A DNA stretch of 64,000 nt from Camelus ferus (GCF_009834535.1 NC_045707.1:63242001-63306000), one strand, 5' to 3'; shown: positions 11,535 through 24,730, numbered from the stretch's first letter. Program-made: numbers and translations. Notes: generated by a model from the sequence alone, not told the origin.

Positions 11535-12580
11535 CAAAATATTTAGACTCTGCCCACTTCTCACCCCCTCCACTGCTATGACCCTGGTCCAATACAGCAT
11601 TATTTCTCAGATTAACGTAACAGCTTCTCTCTGCTTTGGGCTTGGCTCACCTTCCCCCGACAGTCTGTTCGTCATGAGGCAGCCAATGTGATCCCTTAAA
11701 AATGTAAGTCGATCCAGATTATGTCTGCTTTGGACTGAATTATATCCTCTCAAAGTCATAAGGTGAAGCCCTCTCTCGATGTGATGGTTTTTGGAGATGG
11801 GGCTTTTAGGGCAGAGGCAATCAGGTTTAGGAGAAGTCAAAAGGATGGAACCCTCATGACGAGATTAGTCTTCTCCTAAGAATTAAACACCAGAGAGCTT
11901 GCTCTGTCTCTCTGTCATGTGAAAACACAGCAAGAAGTTGGATGTCCTGCTGCAAACCAGGAAGAGAGCTTCCACCAGAACCCAACCATTCTGGCATCCT
12001 GATCTCGGACTTCCAGCCTCCAGGACTGTGAGAAAATTAATTTCTGTTGTTCAAGCCACCCAGTCAATGGTATTTTGTTATGGCAGCTCGAGCCACTAAA
12101 GCAATGCCTCTGCTCAAATAAAAGTGCGTGTCATTCAATGGCTAACCAACAAGGGTCCTTCCCACCTGGGACAGTCACCTCTCAGCCTACTCTCAGTCTT
12201 ACTCCCTCTGCTCCAGGCACACTGGTCTCCTTGCCATTATCTTCAACAGTCAAACACCCTTTCCCTTAGGGTCCCTACACTCTTTCAGACAGCAAGGCAT
12301 TCCCTTTCCATCCATCCTGTTGAAAACTGCAACCCCTCCGCTCTACCAACACTTCTGACATTTGCTTCTCTATTTTATTTTCTCTAGAGCAGTTACCACT
12401 TTCTAATATTATATATTCATCTCATTAAGTATATTGGCCTCTCTCTTCTATTAAAATATAAGCCCAATGAGGATGGGGGTTGTTGTCTCTTTGTTTACCT
12501 GCTGATTCTTCAGTACCTGATGGAACAGTATCTAGTATGTAGTAGATATTCAACAATGTTGCCAAATCCATGAGTGAATG
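11535..12580 (+). mobile_element. L2 3' portion, interrupted by a MaLR LTR
   Basis: cccacttctcaccccctccactgct...; tail tagtagatattcaacaatgttg. Confidence 0.75.
11726..12103 (+). mobile_element. MLT1A0-type MaLR LTR
   Basis: tggactgaat...ggagatggggcttt...ggacttccagcctccaggactgtgaga...ttgttatggcagc. Confidence 0.85.
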
Positions 12581-13007
12581 TTGTTTTCACTTCAGAAGAA
12601 CCACAAAAGGAAAAAGAGCTGATAGACTGCTAGATACTTACTTCATTTTCAGATTGCAAAATCTTCCCCGGTGCAAAGCATAGCCTCCTAAGAGCCTCAG
12701 CCTAGGATTGCCATGGTAATAAACCAGAAGCCCAATACTCTAGGTATCAACTCACCCACCTTCAACAACTTCCTTGACATAAATCTTAAGGAGAAAGTGA
12801 CTGCAATTTAGCTAATCTGCCACTTCTTCCACTTGTATTTACCAAGAAAGAGTTTCCTTAATAGTTTAAATGAACATCATCATCATTTCTTTGTTTACTC
12901 TGTTAAAAAGAAATCAATTTTATTTCATTCACAAAGTAGCCAAAGTTTTGCTTTTCTTCACATTCTCACGTGGTGAAGACGGTTAACAGGAAGAAGTTGG
13001 AGATTTC

Positions 13008-14780
13008 TCATTCATCCAACTGTCATTTATTGAGCACCCACACTGGGCCACGCACTGTTCTAGGCAGAGAGAATAGAGCAGTAAACAAACAGACAAAAAT
13101 GTCTGTTTTCATAAAACATTTACATTTGGTGAAGGAGGAAGGGTAGCTTGGAGACAGATAATAAATAAAACAAGACATAAATAAAAAAACATGTTAGGGG
13201 AGATAATAAAAAGTGCTGTGGAGAAAAGTAAATCAGGGAAGAGAGATGGGAAGTGATCCGCAAGGCTGCAATTTAAGTCGGGGGATCAAAGAAGAACTCA
13301 CTGGAAAAGGTGATATTTCAGCCACGCATATATCTGAAGGAAAGGTGTTCTGCGCTGAGGGAGGAATGAGTACAGATTCCAAGGCTAGAGCATGCTTAGT
13401 ATGTTGGAGAAAAAACAAGGAAGGTACTATCACTACAAAGAAAGAGTGAGTAGGAGAGAAGGTTAGAGTAGTAGTAAGTGGCCAGATCTTCAAGGGTCTT
13501 GGAGGCCTAAAGGGAGAATTCTCAATTCTACTCTATTACCAATGGGAAGGCACTGGGAAGTCTGAGCAGGAGAGCCATATCACCAGATAAGTCCAATATC
13601 GTTCCCAAGAACTTGGTAAATTCACATATCTCATGTTCTCATAGCACTTCAGCTTCACATTTCAATGAGTTGGAACTCTTGACCAAGGCAAGAAACCATG
13701 ATGACTGAATTAAGAGTAGTAGCTATGGAAATGGTGAGAAGTGATCAGACTCCAATAACACTTAGAACGTGGAATCAAAAGAATTCATTGATGGCTTGGA
13801 TGTGTAACACAAGGGGAAAAAAGACTGTAAGTCCAAGGATTTTTTTACCTAGCCAAATTTTGATGAGATGAAGCTCACCTTTACTGAGATAAAGAAGACT
13901 ATGGAGGAAGCTAGACAGTAGTTTAAGATCTGGAGATAAATTTGAACATGGTAATTCAAGATATTCATCAGGCATCCAAGTGTAGACATCAAATAGCCAG
14001 CAGAACATAGACGTTTGGAGATGAAGAGCGAGAACCAGGCTGGAGCTGTATATTTGGTCATCCAGCATCAACAGATGGGATTCAAAGCCATGAGGCTGAA
14101 TGAGGTCACCACCAGTGTAGGCAGCAAAGAGGAAAGATCCAAAACCAAAGTCCCAGGGCACTCCAGTGTTAAGCAGCTAGAGACAGGAAGAAGAGGAAAA
14201 ATTCGACTTGGAAAGAATGGCTGAGGATACGCTGGAGAAAAACAAATCCCCAAAACAGGAAAATACATTGCCTTGAAAGACAAGTGAAAAATGTGTTTCA
14301 AGGAGCTGGAGAGAACAACTGAGTCAGAGGCTGCTGACAGCTCAGGATGAAGACTGAGAATTGACCATTCGATTTAGCAACGTGGGAGTGTTGTCGAACT
14401 TGACAAGAGAAGTTTTAGTATAGAGTTGGGGCAAAAGCCTGATGGAGAGTGCACTCAAGAGACAAAGGAAAGCGAGAAACTGGAGTCAGTGGAGATGGAC
14501 AACCCTTTCAAGCAATTTAGCTGTAAAATAAAGGAGAGAAATGGTGTAGTGGCTGGAGTGAGTGTGCATGTGTGTGGCTAGATTGAGAGGAACAGCACCA
14601 GATTTTTAATGCTGATGGGGAAAGACTCAACAAAGAGGGACAATTGAAGATCCAGGAAAGAGAAGAGAGAATTGTTGGCAGGATGTCCTTGAGCAGGTGA
14701 GAGAGGATGGGACCAGGTGCACCAAAGGAGGAGGTGCCCATTACTGAACCAACACCACTTGACCCATAATAACAGAAAAG
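13008..14780 (-). mobile_element. L2 LINE
   Basis: cattcatccaac..catttattgagcacc...cactgttctaggc, followed by reverse L2 ORF2 remnants. Confidence 0.8.
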
Positions 14781-14782
14781 AA

Positions 14783-14947
14783 GGGAGGAGGGGATAGCTC
14801 AAGCGGTAGCGTGCATGCTTAGCATGCCTGACATTCTGGGTTCAATCCCTAGTACCTCCTCAAGAGACAAGTAAATATAATTACCTCCCACCAAAATAAA
14901 ATAATTAAATAACACAATAACAAATAAATAAAGTATGTTTTTTTAAA
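14783..14947 (+). mobile_element. Vic-1-like camelid tRNA-derived SINE
   Basis: A box tagctcaagcggtag, gcatgcttagcatgc, B box gggttcaatccc, A-rich tail, and TSD-like agaaaagaa on both sides. Confidence 0.85.
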
Positions 14948-15319
14948 GAAAAGAAAACAGAGCATGCTGCACGAGGTTTACGCAATGACTGCGTAGGAAA
15001 ACGTTGAAAGTAGTCATTTCCAAGCTTAATGGCCAAGTTGCAAGGACCAAATACTTCTGTTGGAGTATGTAAAACAATGCCTTGGAGGCCCCTATAAACA
15101 AGCCCTAATTAAGTTAAGCACTTTCTAAAATCACGCTTATTTTCAAGATAAACAATCTTTCACAAAACCCTGATTGAATTAGTGAAAATATACTTGGCAT
15201 AAATTCAAAGTTTTGAAGCTATGAAATTCCTAAAACCAGAGAAGGAGGGAGGAGGAGGGTAAACAAATTGAACATGTAACAATATTGGCAAGCTATCTAA
15301 ATAATGAAAAATAATCTCC

Positions 15320-15425
15320 TCAACTAGATTGTAAGCTTCCAGGGGAAGAGGCCATTTAATATCCATTGCTGAGTACAATGTACATAGTAACTACTCAATA
15401 AATGCTTGTTGAATTAATTAGTTAA
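15320..15425 (+). mobile_element. L2 3' tail
   Basis: ctagattgtaagcttcc...tactcaataaatgcttgttgaat. Confidence 0.7.
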
Positions 15426-16563
15426 TCCAGTTCTATAGCTGGTTTGTGCTGCATTAAATTCTCCACTCAATGTACTTGTGGTTTGCTAGTTTATAGCAGT
15501 AATAATCTCATGCATCATTCCCACTAAAATGCACTGTTTTCATTGATTTCTTTCTTCTTTACTGTTCTGTTTGTTTATTTCCTTTTTTTTGCATTAGTAA
15601 TTAAGTACCATAAATATTGAGCATCACATATATGTTTGCTTGTTAGTACAATCTTGGAAGTGTATAGTGTGTAATAGCTGCAAAACAGCCTAACAAGAAC
15701 AGTTAAATGGCCGTATTATAGACTAATTAACGAAGGGGGAAAAATGCCTTGTTAAATTGTGTTAAAATAATTGTTAAATATTGAAGTAACTGTGTCCATT
15801 TTAATAGGATTTTGTGTTGTTTCAGCACAAATGGTTGTCAGAGCGGAGGTTAGGAACATATAAAGAATATTTTCTATTAAAAGATGATAACTGCCATTTG
15901 GGTTGATGAGGAAATCACCACACAAAGGCTTTTTCAGAAATAAATTACCTTCATAAAATTGGGAGGCTATATTTATTTGATGCCAAAGAGGGGGACAAGG
16001 AGAGTCATTTGAAGAAACTTGTATCTGTATAGTACCTGATAAACTAGATGGCAAAGAACTGCCTCATCTGATTCCCTAAAAACACACTAGGAATGTTAAC
16101 CCACAGAGATCCGTATGTTAGTCTCCACCAAGAAACCATATCATTAAATAGCTCCAGTGTACATTGAAATTATTTAGGAATCTGGGTTGAAGGAAACATC
16201 TTGGGAGTGAACAGACATTATATATAACTAGACTAGACCATATAAAAAGCTCCTAGAGATTTTATTTTAAAAGGCAGTATTACTTGAGGCCATCAACAAA
16301 AAATATATGTAGTGTTCAATATTTACCTAATCGAAAGGTAAGAAAAGTCATAATTTTAAAAAGATTAAGCCTAAAAAAGTAATTCAAGTATGAGATGCAT
16401 AATTAAGATAGGAATAGTATTAATATGATTACCACCTCAAATTAAAAACAACAAATACTACTTTAAAAAAGATACACAACCATAGAAAGTGGAATGTATA
16501 GCAGTCAGTACAAATATTTTATGAAGAAAAAGACTCCAAAGCTTTACTACTTGGAAACAGCAA

Positions 16564-16766
16564 ATCATCATCACCATCATCATCGCCATCTCCACCATCA
16601 CCTCCATCATCATCATCATCTCTATCATCATGTCCATCATCATCATCATCATCATCTCTATCATCATGTCCATCATCATCATCATCATCATCATCACATC
16701 CATCATCACCATCATCATCTCCATCATCATCATTTCTATCATCATCATCATCTCCATTATCATCAA
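16564..16766. repeat. Compound (CAT)n/(ATG)n trinucleotide repeat, ~200 bp
   Basis: About 65 in-phase CAT/CAC/TAT/CTC/GTC triplets. Confidence 0.97.
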
Positions 16767-17739
16767 CACTATAAAGAAAAGGACATATCTGTTATAGCTT
16801 AAATAATACTCAATCACTCAAGCTAGCCTCTCTTATTCATAAACTTCCATAGGGTAATTTATTCCATAGTTTATCTATTCCATTATGGAAAAATAAATAG
16901 AGTCCATCAACATGATACATAGAGCCCAAGGTATCCATGGCTTTCCCAACTACACAATTCTCAGAATAACTTCTCCCCTTTCTTCTCTACCTCTGATTAA
17001 ATTTGTTTCTTTTTTCAGGACACAAGTAAAGATAAGGCTTCTTTTTATGTGCATTTCATGCCTACAGCCTTGTGGAATGATCCCACCTTCTTAACATGGA
17101 ACTATGTCTTTGCCCTTACAAAATGTTAGGTGCTTGATTATACTCTGCATTGCGTGAGTCTCTAATCCATTCATTCCTGAAAATGCCATATCTTGGCATG
17201 GCATTTCACAACCTCCTTGAAGCCAGAATTTCTTGGTACAAAATACCTCTGCTCCTTCTACAATCACAGCACTGTGCCAGGGAGGTAATAAATTCTTCAT
17301 AAAAGCACAGTGTCCTGAAAAGAAGCAATTAAGCAAATTCCTTTACCAAACATCGATTTACATATCATAAAGTAGCAGCAAAAGAAAACTGAAAACCATA
17401 GCCATAATTAATTGAAATCTAAACGGGATGAATGACAAAATATTCCAGTATACATCTGAGTCACTTTATCAGCCAACTAACTGACGTATAAAAAAAAAAC
17501 TCTCATGAAAAAAACATGTAAAATGGTCAAATATATCTTCTGATTGGTGAGATTATGAGTTATAAGGTCACGTGCTACTTTATTTCTTTTAACAAATTTT
17601 CTATAAGGACCACATAGCTACTTTTTAACAACAAAATGAAATTAACAAAAATAGAAACCAGATTACCTAGTTTATCAAGGTGACCCATATTTTGGTCTCT
17701 GAATTCTCAAAATTTCTGGAATCTGTTTCACCAGAATCT

Positions 17740-17950
17740 CAAGACTCTGGAGCCAGAGAGCCTGGGCTTGAATTTATAAATCCTACTAACTCCCGCTGTG
17801 GGATCAGAGTACAATACTTAGTCACTTAGTGCCTAAATTTCCTCACCTGGAAAATGAGAAAATAACAGCACTGCCTCAAAAGGCTGTGATAAAGATTAAA
17901 TGGGTTAGAATGTACGAAAGCCCTTAAGAGTGACCCACATTTAGTAAACA
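17740..17950 (+). mobile_element. MIR SINE
   Basis: gactctggagccaga...tttcctcacctggaaaatg...aagattaaatg. Confidence 0.8.
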
Positions 17951-18929
17951 CAAACCCGTTTGTTTTTTGTGGTTGCGGCCAATACGTTTTAAAGATAAAG
18001 AGGAAAGATAATTCTTCGTATGTCTACAACAACCTTCCTTTAAAGTAAACATCCATGCCGCAGAGAATTCCCACGAAAACAGGGCACGTGGCTTGCTGTA
18101 CTGTATCACATAGACTCTACACCTATGTCAAGGAAGAGAAAATCTCTACAAACCTCATCCTAATAGTTGCAATTACCTAACAGAGAGCTTTTTAAAGCAA
18201 ATCCTTACACTAGCATATACCGGCTGACTGTTTGGACTTTACAAGTGGTAAAGGAACATCCTCGGACAACAAGGAGAATCAATTATTGTCCCAACAGCGA
18301 AGCATCAGAATTCCTCCTAGGGAACCACTGTGATGAAGCACTGGGAGTGGAAACTCAAATCCTTAGAGATGAGCTAGCGTTGAGAAGACACCACAGCAGA
18401 GGAAGGGAAACTATCTAGCATTAGAAATGAAAACGAACTTGGGAAGAGAGAAGATATGACTGAGTTATGATGGAAGAGCAACGTGATTTTTAAGAAAAGA
18501 AGGACTCAATATTACATTTTAAGTGTTTGTTTTGTTTTTTTTTTTTTGCAATGTAATGCCCTGACATTCACACATGCGCACATCTCCCCTCACCAGTAAA
18601 GCCAGGTTGACTGATGGAGAGCTTTCTTATCCACGCGTTTCAATTTTGGGTTTTCTAATGCAAATCAAAGAAAGAGACAAGTTCCACACCCTCCCTTGAC
18701 ATGGTCATGGGACAGGGACAGATATGTGAGGAAAGGATGCGATCCACTCACAGAAAGTTTTTATCAAGAGATGAGCATTATTAGAACACAAATATTTCTC
18801 CATCCACCATTCCCAGAACCCTTCCCAGGGGAAACTTTCAGAAATACTGATCTGTGATCTATACTCACTGTCTCTCATTTCTGTATCCTCTCCCCAATCC
18901 ACCCCCTTGTACTCCTGAACACACCCATC

Positions 18930-20537
18930 AGGACTTTGACCTGAAACTGCTCTTGCCAAGGTCACACGTGACCTTCGCACGGTAGACTCAATAAATAATC
19001 AATTCTCAGTCCTCATCTAACTTGACTTACCACTTAGCATCTAGTTTTCTGTGAAATACTTTATATACTCGATGCCTGGAACTCCCCATATACGTATTTC
19101 TTTAATCAGTTACTTCTCCTCAGTAGCCTTTACTAGCTCCTAATTTCCCCAACCTCTAAACATTGGATCAGCCCCTCTTTGATCCCATTCCATCTGCTCT
19201 CACAAGCTTGGTGATCTCATCCAGCCTCACAGCTTTCTACATCATGATACGCTGGCAGACATATATCTCTAACTGGATTACTCAACCAAACTCCCTATTT
19301 ATAAATTCAACTGTCCACTTGAATTTCTCAAGGACAACAAACTGCCACCTAAATGTTTAATAGACACATCAGTCTTTAAAATTACCTCTTTCCACAATCT
19401 TTCTGTCTCAGTAAATGGCAATTCCATCCTTCTCGTTCTTAAACCCAAAACCTTGGGGTCACCGCTGGTACCTCTCTTTCTCCCACATCCCGTTCATCAA
19501 CAAATTCGTTGTCTCTACTTTCGGCGTTTATCTAGAATTGGACCACTTCTGACTACTTCTCTTTTAACATCCCAGTCCAAGCAGTTGTCAAATTTTGCCT
19601 GAATTTTGTCATAGCCTCTTCAGTGGTCTTCATGCCTCTGTCTTTTCCCCCTACACCAGGGTCTCTCATTCTCAGCATTATTGATGTTTGGGGCAAGATA
19701 ATTCTTTGTTGTGGGAAGCTGTCGTGTGCATTGTTGGATGGGTAGCAGCATCCCTGGCCTCTACCCACTAAATGCCAGCAGCACACAATCCACCAGTCCC
19801 CTTGAACTGTGAGAGCAAAAATATCTCCAGATATTGCCAAGTGCTTCCGAGGGACAAAATCATCCCTCAGTGGAGAACCATTGCCCTACAGTGTATCCAA
19901 CCAAGTCATAAGAATGTCCCTTTTATAACAGAAGCCAGATTACATAATACCCCTGCTCAAAATTAACCAACAGATTTCCATCTCGCTCAGAAAAAAGCAA
20001 AAGTCAGAGTCCTACGACAGGCTGCTGGCCCTGCATGATCCGTCAGCCACCCATTCCTCCTTGACCTCATCTCCTATTTCCCACCCCTTTACTCACCCTG
20101 CTCCAGTCATCCTTGCCTCTTTGCCGTTCCTCAAATACGCCAGCAAAGCTGCCATGTCACAGTGTTCCCTCTGCCTAGGGTCCTCGTCCCATGACATCCA
20201 CTTGGCTTACTCTTCACTCCCTTAAGTTCTTTGCTCAAAAGTCAACTTCCCAACAAAGCTTTCCATACTCACCCATTTAAAAAACTCACCCTTCCTCCCA
20301 TGGCCCATCCACTCCCCACACTTCCTGACCCTTCAGGCTAGCTTTTTCTTTAACGGCACTGATCTCCATCTGACAATGCGACTCATATCCCTAATTGCTT
20401 AAACACTTGTCTCTACCTAATAGAATGTTAAGCCCCAGGTGGGAAGTGACTTTTTGCCTTTTTTTAATTTGGTGCTGCATCCCAATCACATAGAAAAGTG
20501 CATCTGTGAGGTATTCAATAAATGCTCATGGAATGAA
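18930..20537 (+). mobile_element. L2 LINE with intact 3' tail, interrupted by MER20
   Basis: gaaactgctcttgccaaggtcac...; tail ggtattcaataaatgctcatggaatgaa. Confidence 0.85.
19657..19882 (+). mobile_element. MER20 hAT-Charlie DNA transposon
   Basis: gataattctttgttgtggg...agcagcatccctggcctctacccacta...tggagaaccattg. Confidence 0.85.
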
Positions 20538-20539
20538 CA

Positions 20540-21392
20540 AGGGGAAGAAGGAGGGAGGACAGAGAGGAGGATGGAGGGAGGGAGGAGGGGCGGGAGGTGA
20601 GGGGGGGGGAGGAGGGGAGGGAGGGGGGAGGGAGGGAGGGGAGAGGGGGGAGGGAGAGGAGGGGGAGGTGGGCGAGGAGGGACGGGAGGAGCGGGCGGAG
20701 GGAGGGAGGAGGGCGGAGGAGTGAGGGAGGGAGAGGAAGGAGAGGGGGAGGGAGGAGAGGGAGGGAGGAGGGCGGAGGGAGGGAGGGAGGGGGAGGGAGG
20801 GAGAGGCGGGAGGGGGGGAGGGAGGGAGGGAGGGGAGGAGTGGAGGGAGTAGGGGGAGGGGAGGAGGGCGGGAGGGGGGGAGGGGGAGGGGGAGGAGGCG
20901 GGGAGGGGGAGGAAGGGAGGAGGAGGGAGGGAGGAGAGGAGGGGAGGGAGGGAGCGGAAGGGAGGAGGAGGGGATGGTGGGAGGGAGAGGAGGGAGGAGG
21001 GGCGAGGAGGAGGGAGGGGAGGGTTGCGGAGGAAGGGGCGGGAGGAGGGAGGAGGGCGGGAGGGGGAGGGAGGGAGGAGGGGCGGGAGGAGGAGAGGGGG
21101 AGGAGGGGAGGGAGGGAGGAGGGAGGAGGGGGGGAGGGAGGAGGGAGGGAGGAGGTGCGGGAGGGGGAGGGACGGGAGGGAGGGAGGGAGGGAAGGGGAG
21201 GAGGGAGGGAGGAGGAGGGGGAGGAGGGGGGGGGGAGGGGAGGAGGGAGGAGGGGGGAGAGGGGCGGGAGGGAGGAGGGAGGGGGGAGGAGGGGCGGGCG
21301 GGAGGGAGGAGGGAGGGAGGAGGGCGGAGGGAGGGAGGGAGGGGGGGGGAGAGGGAGGGAGGGAGGAGGGGGCGGGAGGGAGGGAGGGAGGG
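20540..21392. repeat. ~850-bp G-rich polypurine low-complexity tract (GGA/GGGA/GGGGA mosaic)
   Basis: Almost only G and A on the + strand, with scattered gggcggga motifs. Confidence 0.97.
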
Positions 21393-22605
21393 TAGAATAA
21401 GGGTCTTGGAAACCATCTCAGATCTGAAACATCAAGGCAGATACAGCTGATTTCTGGGACATATCTACATTCATCATTTACAAAGACTGAGTTAGTTTCC
21501 ATAGAATTCATTTAAAATATAATCTGTAATGTACAATAAAAAGTAAGGATTTGTCAAAATGCTTCCGTGCTTTGGAATTTGATGTTGGGAGCATTTAGAA
21601 AGCATGCTTATAAATCCCTTAGCATATAGATCTGAATATCTAAAGGCATATTAAACAAGTTGAGCTTAAAGAGAAATTTTACAAAGTGCAGGGGCCGTGG
21701 TAACTCCCCTAGCTATATAAAAAGCAGTGCCTGGGGGTAAGCCACATCATTCAGTTACATCCGCCGTAAGGCAACTTAACAAGCAATAGTACCAGTGAAC
21801 AAAGTCCTTTTCTACAGATGAAACCCTGCACAGCTCAATGGCGAGTGAAAGAGAGGAACAGAGATGCTTCCTGCTGCAAGCTGACAGTTACACGGAACCC
21901 CCGGAAATTATAGATTGAGTTCCTCTACTAATTGCTGGTCTGAAGGGGACAAAGATCCACATTTTATTTCTCTTGCTGAATGTGCAGGATAAGCACGCGT
22001 GAGTTTTACATTAGGGTCAAGCTGGGAAGTTCCCAGCCTGCTCTACCTGCAGAAGAGAACAGTGCCACCTCCCATGCAAATGAGGTCAGGTCTTCCTTTC
22101 TGCCTTGGGTGCCTACCAGGGAGATTTCAGTGCAACCAATTCTAATAGGGAAGCTGATATAGAGGGAAAAAAAGAAGACTTCACAAAACAAAACAAAAGA
22201 CGAGTCCCATTTGAAATAAAGTTTTGTTTAGAAATTTGAAATAAAATCTTATATTCTAAGAGCACATGTCTCAAGAAGACCTCAGAATTTTGTAATATCA
22301 TTCATTAAAACTGTATACTGCATCCATTGATAACAATATCAACTATTCTACTTTCTGCATCGCTGACTATAAGACCAATAAAGCTACACATCAGGCAAGT
22401 ACTTTACTGAAACAGGCCCATCTCCAGAGAGGAGAACTTGTGTTTCAAATGCTAATACTTCTGATCAGGAAAGCACTTTGTTTTTGTCAGTAAGCAATAA
22501 CTTACAAGGATGCAGATCAAAAATGCTCTTGGGAAGGACAATGGATGGGGAAGGAGGGTGGGAAACAAAATAACTGTTGTGATATAATATTTCAAAACAG
22601 GTTTT

Positions 22606-22732
22606 ATTTGTTTATTTGGTGGGGGGAGGTCATTAGGATTACTTTTTTTTTTTAATGGAGGTACTGGGAATTGAACCTAGGACCTCGTGCATGCTAAGCA
22701 TGCACTCTACCACTGAGCTATACTCTCTCCCC
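22606..22732 (-). mobile_element. Vic-1-like camelid SINE
   Basis: Reverse strand reads ggggagagagtatagctcagtggtagagtgcatgcttagcatgcacgaggtcctaggttcaattcccagtacctcc. TSD aaacag(g/a)tttt at 22595-22605 and 22733-22743. Confidence 0.9.
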
Positions 22733-23094
22733 AAACAGATTTTCTGAGAAGAAAAAATAATTTCAGCATTTCTAGTAGGTATATATACCCTTTCTCACCT
22801 CCTGGAAAGTCACAGTTCACTCCCTGCAAAGGCAGCAGTTTCATTCAAATTCATATAACAAAATTCACTCATTTATTCATTCAACAAATAATTATTGAAC
22901 CTATTAGCTTCATAAAAGGAAGCAATGTGAACATATTTATGGCGAACACAATCTCCATCGTGCCGTTTTCTTTCTTTCTTGTTTTCATTCTATTTACTCT
23001 AACTGTGTGCTCAAAAGATGACTGTACAAAAAGCATCTCAGGGACAACCAATACACTCGGGTCGGACATCTGAGAATTAGGAACCAGAAACTAA

Positions 23095-23320
23095 TCAGTG
23101 TTAGTATAAAATATTGAATTGTTCTGAGTGTCATCAAGACCTAGCTTGCAATCCCAACTCCTTCTCTCACTGATCGTTCTGAGTAAATGGAAGACCCTTA
23201 GGTCTCAACTTCCTTACGTGGAAAACGTTCTCACAGCACCCGCCCACATAGCAGTTGTCAAGATTAAATGAGATGTTGGCAAGCACCCCTGCACAGTAGT
23301 TATTCAACAAATTACAGCTA
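23095..23320 (+). mobile_element. MIR SINE
   Basis: Degenerate MIR: gtctcaacttcctt..gtggaaa...caagattaaatgagat. Confidence 0.65.
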
Positions 23321-23570
23321 TCTAGGTTATCTCTGGGACATCTTAAACTTACATAATGCCTTTCCTAATTTCTATGAGCACTTTTTGGCAAGACTTCAGA
23401 AGCACTCAATTTTATTTTACCTCTTCAGAAGAAACGATTCTTAGTACTCAACTTCTCTAAAAATACAACCCTTGGAACTTCCATGCTTCTGGATGTCTCA
23501 AATAAATGCATAAAAAAGAAATTCCACATTCGAGGAGCCCTTCCAATAAAGTAACCAAGAAAAGTCTTAC

Positions 23571-23697
23571 CTAGTTTTGGCAAGGAATAGGGCACTTTAA
23601 AGTAGTCTTCGTAAAATTCGATCAGTCTCTTCGTTATATGGAGGGCGTAGTCCCCGGAACCTCTTCTGATAGCGTCAGGCCTTGCGTATAATCGCAC
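23571..23697 (-). CDS. TRHDE: Internal coding exon (probably exon 3) of thyrotropin-releasing hormone-degrading ectoenzyme (pyroglutamyl-peptidase II, M1 aminopeptidase family)
   Basis: Minus strand reads ...tttttaattag|GTGCGATTATAC...CCAAAACTAG|gtaag. It is 127 nt, phase 0 in and phase 1 out, and encodes VRLYARPDAIRRGSGDYALHITKRLIEFYEDYFKVPYSLPKL(D). This is the M1 'YF..PY.LPKLD' segment that precedes the GAMEN-type motif, and I recognise it as TRHDE. Confidence 0.95.
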
Positions 23698-24549
23698 CTA
23701 ATTAAAAATATATATGAAAGTTACTGTAGCCTTTTGATATTCGAATTTTATCTTCCCTGCATATATGAATCTACACAAATCACTTCTAACACTATGAAAA
23801 TTAAATGGCATTCTCGTTCAGGTACCAAAGCATTCAGGGGCTGAAAGAATCAACCTTAAACAATTGAAGTAACCACGTTGAGCAACTCACCATTTCCTAG
23901 CTTTACAAGATGACACAGAGAAGATTTATACACCTTGCATCAAAATAAATATTCGAAGTTATCACTTGCATGTGCTTGCTAGAGATAGGAAGAAACAGTG
24001 GAATAGTATAATGGTTCCCAGACTATGCTGAAAGCAGGCAGGATACGGCGGCTCGGCAGGAGAGGAAATTCATGGTTTGTTAAAATTACATTGCATCAAG
24101 CTTTGGAAGTATGAACAGGCTGAACAAAAATATAATTCATGCTTCTTTTCTTTGGAACCAACTATCCAACTACCCTTACTCCCAATATGCAAAGTAGGAA
24201 TAGGTAAATTTTCATGTACATCAGTGATTGCCACTTTGGAGGGCTGTCTCCAACTGCTCTTGGCTCCAAACCAGCTGAAGTAATTCACAGTTCTAACACA
24301 ATCTGGATATTTAATATTGATTTTCAAATCAAGCATTGTATATTATCTAGTCCTTGGCCAGAAAGGAGCCTGAGGCAAATGACATAAAACTGAACAAAAC
24401 CAACAATTGTACAGAAAAGGTTAAAATGAGATTAGCTTTCCTAAAGCTTTCATAAAGCTATCCAGCATCTTTCTTTCCAAAGGCTAAATCTATTTTTCAG
24501 ATGTGGTCCCTAATCCTCATATCAATTCTGTAAATAAGAAATATGTATT

Positions 24550-24730
24550 TTGTGGAGCAGCAGAGAATACTGCAGCCTGGGAATTGGGTTTCAGTCCGGC
24601 TCTGCCACTAACCAAGCTGGGTAATATTGAACAAATAACTTAAACTCTTTGGGTCTCCAATGTTCTTGTTCATAAAATGAAGGTGTTGGCCACCAGCTGG
24701 TTGCTAAAGTGCTTTTCAGCTCTAAAATGC
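24550..24730 (+). mobile_element. MIR/MIR3 SINE
   Basis: ggctctgccactaacc...acttaaactctttgggtctc...taaaatga. Confidence 0.7.

Noticed and set aside
16458..16817. Poly-His (+) and poly-Met (-) ORFs
   Set aside because: These are translations of the (CAT)n microsatellite, with no promoter, splice or homology evidence.
20486..21511. Long Pro/Ser/Leu-rich and Gly/Arg/Glu-rich ORFs (up to 341 aa)
   Set aside because: They are by-products of the G/A tract, which can hardly encode stop codons. Most frames are open at once, and there is no domain or splice support.
22660..22732. tRNA-like sequence (also 14783-14855)
   Set aside because: These are SINE heads with an A-rich tail and TSD, and there is no intact acceptor stem.
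23425..23570. Read-through of the TRHDE exon ORF for 48 more codons
   Set aside because: A canonical gtaag donor sits at 23570 exactly where M1-peptidase similarity ends. The extension is intronic and of a length expected by chance.
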